A stretch of DNA of 64,000 nt from Heterodontus francisci (lineage: Eukaryota): assembly GCF_036365525.1 (NCBI RefSeq), contig NC_090382.1, forward strand, positions 96,976,352-97,040,351, given 5' to 3'. The notes beneath the pieces were generated by a model. The model saw only the letters and a program-made list of their open reading frames with translations. It had not been told where the DNA came from and did not search any database. The position numbers were made by a program, and so were the translations under genes. Shown here in pieces: positions 12,963-25,352 of the stretch; within the stretch, counting starts at the first letter, position 1; every line of letters starts with the position of its first letter.

Positions 12963-13914
12963 CTAAGTTTATAAATTCTTACGATTTACAGAGTTTATGA
13001 AGTTTGCACATATAGAAACAGTATATTGGGGAAAAAACATGAGTAAAATATTTCATACACCTGAACGAGCATAAATTTCCTTTTCTATTCCATTCTTGCT
13101 AGCGGAACAAGTCATTATGATGATCCAAAATTACAACAAAATGTCTTCTGGCAACCAGTTTTGAAGCATAGTGTGTCATTCTCTAAATTATCTTTTTTAT
13201 AATATTTGAAATTATGGACCAATTGAGTAAAATATACTGCAAAATAAGAGGATTAAAGGATCAGGTGACAAGAAGGAGCATAGCCAGTTAATATGAATAG
13301 AAAACAAGAATACTCATGAATAAAACACAAGAACACCAAGACTGAAATACATCGAAGAAGCTAGGTTCAGGGGAAAATACTTTCAAGTATTTCCCTTTGT
13401 AGTCAGGGAACAATACTAATTTCTTAAACTTCCTAGTTTGTACTATTCTCCAGCAACATCAATGAACCCAACACGGAGGTGCTCGGTTAATATCAATCAC
13501 AAACACTGCTCCCATCTGCTCCAAACACTTCAGCAATGATTGGAAATACTCAGCAGGTCTGACAGTATCTGTGGGGAAAGAAATAGAGTTAATGTTTCAG
13601 GTTGATGACCTTGCATCAGAACTCAGCAATGATTAGCACCTTTTTCAATCCTGGATGCTGATTGATGGGCTGGAAAACCCAGTACATCAAAATAGGAAAA
13701 GATTTGAAAAAATGGTCTGGTTTTCCCAAAATGCACTAAACTGAAAGTTATGTACCGACTGCCAAGTATAATATGAATCATTATAATGAAAAACTAAGAC
13801 AACATTACGCAAAACCTCTCTCCGCAGATGCTGCCAGACCTGCTGAGTTTTTCCAGCACTTTTTGTTTTTGTTTCAGATTTCCAGCATCTTCAGTATTTT
13901 GCTTTTATTATTAA

Positions 13915-14790
13915 GCAAAAGAGGATAGCTGTAGACTCCAGAATAATATCAATGCTTTGGTTGAGTGGGCGGAAAAGTGGCAAATGGAATTCAATCCAGA
14001 GATGTGTGAGGTAATGCATTTGGGGAGGGCAAACAAAGCAAGGGAATACACAATAGAAGGGAGGATACTGAGGGGTAGAAGAAGTAAGACACCTTGGAGT
14101 GCATGTCCACAGGTCCCTGAAGGTGGCATGACAGGTAGATAGAGTGGTTAAGGCGGCATATGGAATGCTTTCCTTTATTGGCCGAGGTATAGAATACAAA
14201 AGCAGGGATGTAATGCTGGAACTGTATAAAACGCTGGTTAGGCCACAGCTGGAGTATTGCGTACAGTTCTGGTCACCACGTTACAGGAAGGACATAATTG
14301 CTCTGGAGAGAGTACAGAAGAGATTTACAAGAATGTTGCCAAGACTCGAAAGTTGCAGCTATGAGGAAAGATTGGATCGGCTAGGGTTGTTTTCTTTATA
14401 ACAGAGGAGTCTGAGGGGTGACTTAATTGAGGTGTACTAAATTATAAGGGGCTGAGATAAGTAGACAGGAAGGACCTGTTTCCCCGAGCGGAGAGGTCAA
14501 TTATCAGAGGGCACAGATTTAAGGTGATTGGTAAAAGGAGTGGAGGGGACATGAGGAAAACCTTTTTCATCCAGAGGGTGGTGGGTGTCTGGATTTCACT
14601 GCCCGGATCGTTGGTGAAGGCAGAGACCCTCAACTCTTTAAAAAGGTAACTGGACATGCATCTGAAGTGCTGTAACCTGCAAGGCTACGGACCAGGTGCT
14701 GGAAAGTGGGATTAGATTGGGCGGCTAGTTTTTTCAGCCAGCGCAAACATGTCGGGCTGAATGGCCTCCTTCTGTGCCGTAACATTTCAA
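13915..14790 (+). mobile_element. CR1 LINE 3' fragment
   Basis: ORFs 13957-14142 and 14144-14401 (WAEKWQMEFNPE, LVRPQLEYCVQFWSP). Confidence 0.92.
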
Positions 14791-15689
14791 TGAATCTAAA
14801 AGCAAGGCCAGTGCGATAGTATTATTTAATAAAAAGTCCACACAGTCTGAAGCAATAGGTTAGCAATCAGTATTCTCCTCAGCACCAGCTCAGCTTCAAA
14901 TCCTACACTGATGCAATACCAAAGCCACCTAACTAAACATCACTTGCCTAGATTCCCACTGTGGGCAAAACCTTCATATGCACCTTTGTCACCTCAAAGT
15001 TTGATTTTACTTTTCCAACCTACAAAAAGTCCAATTCATCTAGAATTCTGTAGACTTCATCTTTTCCTATACAACCACCATCCACATCTTTCATCTCTAC
15101 TGGCTCCCTGTCCGTAGGCAGATCAATTTCAAAATTCCTCCACGGCCTTGCTCTATCTTACCTCTGCAATTTTCTCCAGCTCTACGTTCTATTACACACA
15201 CTCTGCTCTTCCAGCACTGGGTCACATGGCGCCTTGCCCTGTCTGCTGTTTCACCATGGGTGTTCAGCCACCATGTCCCTGAACTCTGCATCTCATGTCT
15301 CAAACTTCATTGCCTTGCCTGAACTCTCTTTATTCTCAAAATGTACCTTTTTGTGCTTCTGATCACTTATCATTTCACTCATACCTCCTGCTCAATGCCC
15401 GCTGCTTGTAAACTATCTTTGGTTACACAAACGGCACTAAATAAATATAACTTATTGCTGTAAATTTTCTTAAATATAATTAAAGAGTTATGCCACAATT
15501 TCTACTATCTGTCCCCAGTCAGAATAGTACTATAAATTGAGATATACATGAAAGGCAGTATGTAATTAATGACTGGAATATCAAAAAGTAACAAATTGTT
15601 AAAGATTGGGCTATCAGAGGGGACAAAATGAAGATAAAATAGATGAGAAAATAAGCCAGCTGAACAGGTGTTAATCAAAAAATACAGAT

Positions 15690-16225
15690 ACAATGCCCAG
15701 AAACAGGCCATCCCACTTCATCTAACTCTCTACCAGCATATCCTTCTATTTCTTTCTCCCTCATATGCTTACCTAGCTTCCCCTTCGCATCTATGCTATG
15801 TGCCTCAACTATTCCATTGGATAGCAAGTTCCACATTCTAACCACTCTCTGGGTAATGATATTTCTCCTGACTTCTTTATTGGAGTTATATTTATGGCCT
15901 CGGAGTTTTGGACTCCCCACAAATAGAAGCATCTTCTCTCCGTCTACCCTATCCTTCACAATTTTGAAGACCTACCTGCTTTAGGTCACCCCTCAGCCTT
16001 CTCTTTTCCAGAGAACAGTGACAGATAGCAAAAGAACAAAATGGATTTCAGGTGAAAGTTTTGAACAGTGAAATGTGCTGTATCTTGGTATACTGGGTGC
16101 ATGGATCTGGAATAAGAAAAAGAGCGTATTTGGGGATCTGAATCTTAAGGGGAGAGAAAGAGGGAGGTATACAGTTGGGAGGTCTGAGAACAGTGCCCCA
16201 GCCTTTTCCTGATAACTGTCAATTG
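15690..16225 (-). mobile_element. Decayed CR1 3' fragment, interrupted at 16021-16185 by a templated insertion
   Basis: ORF 15675-15959 (TQRVVRMWNLL); CR1 sequence resumes after the duplicated GAGAACAGTG. Confidence 0.75.
16021..16185 (+). repeat. Composite inverted duplication of 17600-17695 and 16637-16682, flanked by a 10-bp direct repeat
   Basis: 16023-16118 = reverse complement of 17600-17695 (2 mismatches); 16123-16168 = reverse complement of 16637-16682 (2 mismatches); GAGAACAGTG at 16011-16020 and 16186-16195. Confidence 0.92.
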
Positions 16226-16348
16226 TGTTAGGTTATAACTAAGAGCCATGGCCAAGTTTCCACCGTCTACACAGAGTAAATAAGTGCACCCACAAGGTGA
16301 TCACTCATGATCCCTCGGCCCCTCCCCTGTTGCAGCTCCCACACTCAC

Positions 16349-16491
16349 AGAGAGACGCCGCTCACACGGATGCTGACTGGTACCCGGGCCTGCTGGAATA
16401 CTGTACTCAGGAACACCAGGAAGGTCAGCGCCGCCATCACCATCAGCGTGAAGGCAAACAGCGAGTTGAACCGCGACATCAGATTGTTCAT
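16349..16491 (-). CDS. SPCS3: SPCS3-like (signal peptidase complex subunit 3, SPC22/23 family), coding exon 1
   Basis: ATG at 16491; MNNLMSRFNSLFAFTLMVMAALTFLVFLSTVFQQARVPVSIRVSGVS(L) aligns to the SPCS3 N-terminus and signal anchor; 143 nt, ends CT|GTGAGT (phase 2). Probably a divergent paralog, see findings. Confidence 0.93.
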
Positions 16492-17984
16492 CTTCCCTGT
16501 AGTGACGAGGTCTGCATCCGGCCCCAGCACACAAACACTCCGGCTCAACCGCTGCAACTCGAAATAAAGGTTCCCAGCCCCCTCCTTGCCCCCGTATCTC
16601 TGAAGTTTTGTCTTGCACCTACCTGCTCGATCACAGACCTCCCTCTTTCCCTCCCCTTAACATTCAGATCCCCAAATACGCTAATGACATTTTATGAAAC
16701 TCCTTATTAACGTACCAGCAAGCCAGTAATGACATTCATTTTGGATGGGGTGCATTCTAGAAAGCCTGTTTTCCAGCAAAGAAAAGGAGTGAGATGTGAT
16801 CAACAAAAATGACAAATTACAAACACATTTAAACATCTGTAACTGTTATTTTTTCCAGGGTACACACATAAGCACAATACAATAGGTTATAAGTGTGAAT
16901 TAAAATGAATGACACTGGACATGAGCAAGGCTTAACAGATCAGTCACTATTATTGCTGCAAGATAATAGTTAATGCAACAAAACACTCAGTCCAGTGATT
17001 CAGATACATTCCAAGTATAATTCCTGAGATTTCAGTCAGGCATACAATGAATAGAATCAATGAATAACTAGTGTGTGATATTCGATCTGTCAAAAAGCAT
17101 ACGCTAGCCTGAATCAAACCTTGCGCGGTTTGTGACAAGATCAGCAGTGCAAATGTAAAAGCAGGTCTGCCACTTGTGTCCAAGACAAAGCTGCAAATGT
17201 GAAGACTTTAAAAGTAAAAGGGTTACACAATTGACCCTGAAAAAAATTGATCAGTTTGAAGTAGTCTTCCATTGCTCACTTGAGGTTAATAGAATGTCTC
17301 TCAACAACTGAGATGCTTGAGTACAGCATTTAAGCTGATTTTACATGGTTAAAAAATACCTTAAAGACATCCAAAGTAGCATTTGCATCTAACTTCTTTC
17401 GAACTGATCTCTCATCAGTAATCTTAGCTGGACATATACATATATGGAATTGCATGGCAACAGTGCACCATAAATTTACCTTCCTCAACATGACGCAAGC
17501 AGCCAGTGATACATGATTTCCCCTTTGACTTGTAAAAATACAGCCAATATTACATCAGCAATTGCAGTTTAAAAATTAAAATATACTTTTTTCTAGCTCT
17601 TCTTATTCCAGATCCATGCACCCAGTATACCAAGATACAGCACATTTCACTGTTCAATACTTTCACCTGAACTCCATTTTGTTCTTTTGCTATCTAGCAA
17701 AAAGGGAAACATAATTACTGTGATATAGCCTATAGTTCCAAGATCACTTTATTTGTGATGTGGGTTCTGAACTCTACTGCACCCCACCACCCCACCCCAC
17801 CCCACCCCAACCCTTCCATAGGAAGCATAAGAAAAAGATTTTAAAAAGTCTTCATAGTGATATATCAACACCATTTTTTTTTAACGAATAGATGAGACGA
17901 TTCAGGACACTTGAAAGGCAAGGATATAATTCCTGACCATGGATGGAAATGGAGATCAGAGGTCAGGGAAAAGTTTCTCGCATA

Positions 17985-18190
17985 TAAAATACAGAAAATG
18001 CTGGAAACACTCAGCGCATCTGGCAGCAACTGTGGTGAGAGAAATAGTCACACTTCATCTGTTCTGATCAAGTTATTGACCTGATGTGTGGACTCTGTTT
18101 CTGTCTCCACAGGTGCTGTCACACCTGCTGAGTGTTTCAATCATGTTCTGTCTTTATTTCAGATTTCCAGCATCTGCAGTATTTTGCTCT
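17985..18190. mobile_element. Penelope-derived short fold-back element (decayed)
   Basis: Arms GCTGGAAACACTCAGC...TGTGG and CCACAG...CTGCTGAGTGTTTC; same family as the termini of the 57076-59408 element. Other pieces at about 13545-13625, 13815-13910, 21035-21245, 36590-36790, 41005-41055 and 62050-62180. Confidence 0.75.
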
Positions 18191-19213
18191 TGTAACGGAT
18201 TCTCTATCTCCATCCATGGCCAAGAATGATGAAAACAGGCTACTGGAATGTGTGTAAAATATCAGTATTTTGTATCACAAATGAATAATTAGGAAACCTT
18301 TTTGAAGAAAAAAAATAAAAAGACAAAAAATGCAGTTTTGCAATTAAGTGTCTACGTCTCTGGGCAAACTTTCTGGGAGGTAAAAATGGAATTTTAAAAA
18401 AAGGATCATGTTTGCCCCATCTGAAGTTTATTTTTATTTTTCCTGAGAGCATTTCCCAGTCTGAGCTTTTTGAGGGCGAGGAAGGGAAAACCACCTTCAT
18501 CTCAGCGCAGCTCCGAACGGGCCAAGCATGCAGCTATCCTCATGACATCCAATCATCCAGCACATTCCAAATAAGGACATGGTATACAGAGGTGTGTATG
18601 AATGAAAGGATTTTTTTTCTCTATAAAATGAAAGACTTTACACACACAAAGGAACCCAAAGTTATTTCAAGATGACTCTTCACCTTGAATCTTTAATAAT
18701 GGTTTTAAAAATAAAAAAAATGCAGCAGTAAGGCCACAGTTTCTGAATTACTTGCAGTAAAGTTACATGGAAAGCTCATTTCTACAGATGTCAGTGAGAT
18801 AAGCCACGTAAAAGACAAAACATCCCCTCTGGAAGAGCCCTGTGTGCTTGTAGTAATGAGGCTTGACTATTTGCTGTGGCAGAGGAAAATGATATAGTCA
18901 ACATCTGACACTCGCCTTCCAAACAGAATAGAGAAAGGATCAGACAATTGCAGCAGCTTCCTGATGGCTTAAGAATGGCCAAGTCATTGAGAAGCTCAGT
19001 CTTTAAGATTAAAGTGCTTTTGTAAACTCTTGAACAGTCTCGAGATACAGTACAGCCTGAATACATGCTTTCTCTCCTGCTTAACGCAGGAATCAGTAAC
19101 AAGCATTGCCTTATTCCTGTTGTCACGGTTTTATAATTTTGGTCCTTAACCGCATTCTCACTGCAGAACAGTTTTATCAGTTGGGTCATCATGAGTGGTT
19201 TCAACTTAGCATC

Positions 19214-19389
19214 TCAGTTCCCTGACTCACAATCTTCGTTTGCACAGACAGATAGGTCAGATGGTAAATTTTTGGTTTCAGCAATGAGGCGTTTTACTCC
19301 GACCATCCACTGTCCCACTTCATTCACATGGTCAACCATCAAAGATCTGTGGATTTCATCAGCAGAATCCCAGTTGCAGTGCTCCATTT
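19214..19389 (-). CDS. SRA1: SRA1, coding exon 5 (terminal)
   Basis: acag|(E)[57 protein letters not shown]; strong match to the SRAP C-terminal domain. Confidence 0.95.
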
Positions 19390-20009
19390 CTGTCAAAAGA
19401 CAAACATATACCACACGTTCTTAGGATTTAAAGGATGTCATTAACGAAATGCTACTTGCAATATACAGGTGCGCTGGAAAAGCAGGGCGAGGGAGATGGG
19501 AGGCAAGAGGAGAAAAGGTTTAGTTCTGAGTAACCAATTCTGATTTAGTTCCTATATATCAAAAGCACCAAGCCTTTTATCTTTGTGATGCATAAGAAAG
19601 AGCCTCACAGACCAGATATAAAATTTAAAATCAATGTTCCCATTTATTTGCATTTCACTATCTGCTGGTGCTAAAAAAATCTTCATATTTGAACTTAGGA
19701 CTAAGCCATCAATTAGGTAACGACATTAAGATCCAGCCTTTTGAACGTACATATAAATTAGGAGGAGGCGGCCATTCGGCCCCTCGAGCCTGCTCCACCA
19801 TTTGATAAAATCATAGCTGATCTGAATGTGGCCTCAATTCCACTTTCCTGTCTGCCCCCCATAACACTTGACTTTCTTGAAAATGGAGAATCTACCTAAT
19901 TCAGCCTTGAACATATTCAATAACTCAGCCTCTACTGCTCTCTAAGGAAGCACATTCCACTGCCTGACGACCCTCAGGAAAATAATTCTCCTCATCTCCG
20001 TTTAGTGGC

Positions 20010-20928
20010 TCAGAAGTGGGGATGTTCGCTAACCATTGCACAATGTTCAGCACCATTCGCAACTCCTCAAATACTGAAGTAGTCCGCGTAAAAATGCAGC
20101 AAGACTTGGACAATATCCAGGCTTGGGCTGATAAGTGGCAAATAACATTCACGCCACACAAGTGCCGGGCAATGACCATGTCCAACAAGAGAGAATCTAA
20201 CCATCTCCCCTTGACAGTCAATGGCATTACCATCGCTGAATCCCCCACTATCAACATCCTAGGGACTACCATTGACCAGAAACTGAACTGGAGTAGCCAT
20301 ATAAATACCATGGCTACAAGAGCAGGTCAGAGGCTAGGAATCCTGTGATGAGTAACTCACCTCCTGACTCCCCAAAGCCTGTCCACCATCTACAAGGCAC
20401 AAGTCAGGAGTGTGATGGAATACTCTGCACTTGCCTGGATGGGTGCAGCTCCAACAACACTCAAGAAGCTCCTACACCATCCAGGACAAAGCAGGCCACT
20501 TGATTGGCACCCCATCCACAAACATTCACTCCCTCAATCATCGACGCACAGTGGCAGCAGTCTGTACCATCTACAAGATGCACTGCAGCAACACACCAAG
20601 ACTCCTGAGACAGCACCTTCCAAACCCGCGACGTCTACCAACTAGAAGGACAAGGGTAGCAAATGCATTGGAACAACATCACCTGCAAGTTCCCCTCCAA
20701 GTCACGCACCATCCTGACTTGGAACTATATCGCCATTCCTTCACTGTCGCTGGGTCAAAATCCTAGAACTTCCCTTCCCAACAGCACTGTTGGTGTACCT
20801 ACCCCACATGGACTGCAGCGGTTCAAGAAGGCAGCTCACCACCACTTTCTCAAGGGCAATTAGGGATGGGCAATAAATGCTAGCCTGGCCAGCGACACCC
20901 ACATCCCATGAATGAATAAAAAAAAAGA
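20010..20928 (+). mobile_element. Second CR1/L2-group LINE family, 3' fragment, nested in a CR1 remnant
   Basis: RT peptides QQDLDNIQAWADKWQITF and YKAQVRSVMEYS; tail GGGCAATAAATGC...CCCACATCCCATGAATGAATAAAA. Other copies at 23875-24066 (-), 41775-42965 (+), 54405-55100 (-) and 62440-63880 (-). Confidence 0.85.
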
Positions 20929-21328
20929 AAATGGGAGCCCCCTTATTTTTAAACTGTGTCCCCCAGTTCTAGTATCACCCCTAAGTGGATACATCCTTCC
21001 AGCATCCACCCTGTCAAGTCCCCTCAAGATCTTAAAAGCAAAATACTGCTGATGCTGGAAATCTGAAATAAAAACAGAAAGTACTGGAATTACTCAGCAG
21101 GTCAGGAACATCCGTGGAGAGAAGCATAGTTAATGCTTCAGGTCTGTGACCTTTCATCAGAATGAGCAAAGGTTAGAAAAGAATTAGGTTTTTAGCCAGT
21201 GACAGGGAGGGGGGGAGCGGGTTTGGTGGGGACTAGAACAAAAGGGATTCTCCTAAAGAGCTCTCATTTTACAATGGATTTGCTTGATAATTAAGTTTCT
21301 TTCTATGTTTGAATAAACAAATCAATTA

Positions 21329-22027
21329 GGCTGCGTTTGCTGACAATACTACCACTAGGTGGCGCTGCAGTGGCACTTGCGTAAATGCAGCATGTGCCAC
21401 TAAAACATCACAGTCTGCGACTTCAGGCAGCTGCCAGGACTAAAGATGGCGCTGCTCAATCACACGAAGGCAAACACATGGCAGCATACAATGGCGGGAG
21501 GGAGAGAAAGAGCGGCCGGGGCCGTGGGGGTGAGGAATCGCAGCGGGCAAGGGTGGGGGGAGCGGAGCAGTCTAGGGGCGGGCAAGCGAGCGGAGCGGCC
21601 GGAGAGAGCAGCAAGGTGGGGGGGGGAGCGAAGCAGCCGGAGAGAGCAGCGAGGGGGGGGAGCAGAGCGGCCATAAGAGCGGAGCGGCCAGAGAGAGCAG
21701 CAAGGGGGGGGAGCAGTGCAGCCAGAGAGAGCAGCGGGCGGGAGGGGGCGGAGAGAGCAGCGAGGGGGGAAGCGGAGCTTGACGCGTGGGTGAATACCCT
21801 TTAGCGTTGCATTGATGTACGCGTAAAGAGCATGCACAGAGGCGGACCAGGCGCATTGCCCGAAGATGCACACATCATGTGATGACGTCATCGGCGCATG
21901 CGCTAACCAGTCCTGGTAACTCGGATTGCAGCGGACACACAGCGAGCAGGAGACCATCTGCGAATGCGTGCAACTTGGCACAGCCTGATGACGTTAGTGG
22001 CCGGCTGCGTTGTCAGGAATCACTTTG
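21329..22027 (+). mobile_element. GC/CpG-rich non-autonomous element, copy 1 (Zisupton-like architecture, tentative)
   Basis: Shares about 170 bp of left end and about 150 bp of right end with 46171-46807; termini GGCTGCGTTTGCTGACAA ... TTGTCAGGAATCACTTTG; centre is a GGAGCGGCCGGAGAGAGCAGC-type tandem repeat. Confidence 0.8.
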
Positions 22028-22279
22028 TTTCTAATACACAGGATAATGCAACTTAGGGGCTTCAAACATTAGAATCTATAAAGTTAAAGCTTGAGCAGTT
22101 TATCAATCCCAAACTTAACTACTACCTCAGAAATAAGTTTTGCGGTATATAAATGATAAATCATAATTCTACCTTATTACATAACCTTCAGTTCAGATTT
22201 CAATGGCATTTCAATTGAATTGAATCTTCTGCTGTGGAATTGTTGAATTTACAGGGCAATTTAATGGCTTTCTGTGGTA

Positions 22280-23150
22280 AGCTGTGGGGAGGACACAGAG
22301 AGGTTGCAAAGAGATACAGACAGGTTAAGTGAGTGGGCAACAAGATGACAAATGGAGTAAAATGTAAGGAAGTGTGAAATTATTCACTTTGGTCATAAGA
22401 ATAGAAAAGCAGAATATTTTTTAAAACGTGTGAAACTTTTAAGTGTTGATATTCAAAGAGACTTGGGGTGCTTTTACAAGGAACACAGAAAATTAGCATG
22501 CAGGTACAGTAAGAAATTAGGAAGGCAAATGGCATGTTGTCTTTATTTCAAAGGGATTGGAGTACAGGAATAAAGAAGTTTTGCCACAATTTTACAGGGT
22601 TTTGATGAGACATCTGGAGTATTGTATCCAGTTTTAGTCCCCACATTTAAGAAAGGATATACTGGCATTGGAGGCGGTACAGGAAAGATTCACTAAATTG
22701 GTCCCTGGGACGAGGGAGCTGACCTATGATGAGAGGTTGAGTAAATTGGGCCTATACTCTCTGGAGTTTCGAAGAATGAGAGGCAATCTTATTGAAACAT
22801 ACAAGATTTTGAGGTGGCTGCGTAGGGTCGACGAGAGATTGTTTCCGCTGGTTGGAGAATCTAAAACACAGGGCCACAGTCTCAAGATAAGGGGCCAATG
22901 ATTTAGGACCGAGATGAGGAGAAATTACTTCACTCAACGGCTTGTGAATCTTTGAAATTCTCTACCCTAGAGGGTTGTGGATGCTCAATCGTTGAATACA
23001 GTTAAGGCTGGGATAGACAGATTGTTGTTCTCTCAAGGAATCAAGGGATATGGCGATTTGGCGGAAGAGTGAGTTGAAGCCTAAGATCAGCCAGGATTGT
23101 ACTGAATGGTGAAGCAAGATCGATGGGCCATATGGCCTACTCCTTTTTCT
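22280..23150 (+). mobile_element. CR1 LINE 3' fragment
   Basis: ORF 22668-22901 (LEFRRMRGNLIETYKIL) plus CR1 tail. Confidence 0.9.
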
Positions 23151-24201
23151 TGCATTCTGATTAAAATCAATATTTCTACGTATACAGAAGGTGACAGAAC
23201 TGGGCTTTTATATGTAGAGAAGATGACAGAACTGGGTAAGAGGCTGGTTTCTGCTAAAAGAATTTCACCAAGTAAAAAATAATTTTCTTTGCTTATTTAC
23301 AGTTCATGCCAGAGGGAACAGGCAGATTGTTTCAGCACTCATTTCAATATCATCCTATACTTAGCTGGCTAGAAAGTGGCTCTCCCTTCACGTTGTGGCC
23401 CCTGAGGAAATATACCTAGCATCTACATTCTGCTTGGCACCTCCACATAAATACATGCCCAGAGTGCTCAGTGTGGGGAAATTAGTACGAACTGGTGTCC
23501 TATTGAATACATCTCACAGAAAGAGCAAGGCACCTTGTCGCCTTTCTTAATTTCCTGTTTCCTACTTTTAAAATTGTTTTTCTCTCCCCTTCTCAGCTTT
23601 TTCAAAATACACAATTTTCAATACACAAAACATGCTCTCTTTCAATGGTACTGTAATCAGTTGCTCAGACACACATGGAACTAGCACTGAATGAATTACT
23701 TTCTGATGTAGGGGATAAAGCACCTCTTCTCCAATCAGTGCATTTTGAAATAACTTGTCTGGCATTAGGAATTTCACAAGTCTATCCTTCTACTTACAGC
23801 CTTCACAGAAAAAAGTATAACTCCACTCATATTTTGGCATTTGAGAGGTTTTGTTTTCCGTTTCGTGGGATGTAGACATCGCTGGCTAGGCTAGCATTTG
23901 CTGTCCATCCCTAATTGCCCTCGAGGTGGTGGTGGTGAGCAGCCTTCTTGAACTGCTACAGTCCATCTGATGTGGATACTCCCACAGTGCTGTTAGGGAG
24001 AGTTTTCCAGGATTTTGATCCAGCAACAGTGAAAGAATGGGATATACTTCCAAGTCAGGATGGTGTGTTACAGGTCTTTTAAACTTATAGAAGCACAACT
24101 TGCACTTATATAGCATTTTATCACATCTCTCAACACATTCCAAAGTGCCCAATATACAAGAACTTGAACATGATGCAAAACCCAATGAATGAATTGATTA
24201 C

Positions 24202-24310
24202 CTTGTGTGAGCAGGTACATCCTCTTTCGCACTGATACAGATAGCTTTCCAGATTGCCACATGTCCTGCAGTATTATTAGCCGTCTGCCAATATCATCAC
24301 AAACCTGTTT
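24202..24310 (-). CDS. SRA1: SRA1, coding exon 4
   Basis: ccag|[36 protein letters not shown](E)|GTAATC. Confidence 0.95.
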
Positions 24311-24914
24311 CTGGACAGGAATTTTGAAAGTAAAATCCTCAGTTATCAGCTGTTACAGTCACTTAACATTAAAACTTTTGCAAGTATTCAGAATAATGCA
24401 ATGCTCTTCATGACACCTACCAGCTGCCATCAAAATATTGCTTTATTTAAAATAAATTTTTAAAATGTTGGTTTTAGACTATTGTTTCCACTGTTAAAAT
24501 ATACATTTCTTTGTTAAGATTCATCTGCACCACCCATCAATTCTCAAGCATGGACAATCAACCTATTAACTGTAGCTTTTGCTACAAAATAAATTCATAC
24601 TTTGAAGATATGAAACGTGGTAATCACTGAATCAGTCATATGATTTCATTTTCTGGGAAAATATTTGGCTTTCACTCTGTATCTCCTCCTCAATTTATAA
24701 CTTGAAATTGGGAACTCTGTATATGGGGAATCAAGGCTGTGATCCAATTTCATACTATTCTTAATACATCATACTGGTACAATCAACCTATTACCAGGTT
24801 ATTTTACCAATACTAATTTCTGAACAAATCTGACATTTACTTTCAATAGAAACAAAAAGGAAGAACAGAACTATTACTCAAAGATAAGTGTATGCTGCTG
24901 CTTTGCTGCATGTC

Positions 24915-25352
24915 AGCTTCGTTGTCCCCTTTGAATCAGAAAGTTGTAGATTCAAACTTCACACCAGGACTTCAGCGCATCAAGGCTGACATTTCAGTGC
25001 AGAACTGAGGATGTGCCTTATTCCTGGAGGTACCTTCCTTCAGATATGGTGTTAAACCACTGCCTACTTTCCTGCTCCAATGGTTCAGGTGGATTAGACA
25101 GTCTACATATTTATTCAACATGCAGCAAGTTATTCTGAAGTTCTGGTCAATAATCTTCCCTCAGCCAACATGACAGCAAACAAATGAGCGTGTCATTCAT
25201 CTCACTGTTGTTTGCAAACCTTGCTGTGCACATGTGGACTGCCATAATTGCAAACAAAAAAATGGTAGCCTAAAATAATTTGCTGTACATGAAGCACTGG
25301 GATGTTTCGAAGATAGGCAATAAGGTTCTTTAAAAATTGCAAGCTCTTTCTA
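24915..25352 (+). mobile_element. Degenerate Deu-domain SINE
   Basis: Colinear similarity to the better-preserved copy at 51008-51468. Confidence 0.6.

Noticed and set aside
18791-19204. 137-aa minus-strand ORF just after the SRA1 stop as an extra gene or read-through extension
   Set aside because: No recognisable similarity and not in a supported splice context; most simply 3'UTR.
21385-21981. Several overlapping 70-170 aa ORFs in the GC-rich element (also 46086-46675)
   Set aside because: Low-complexity products of GC-rich tandem repeats, open on both strands and not conserved between the two copies.
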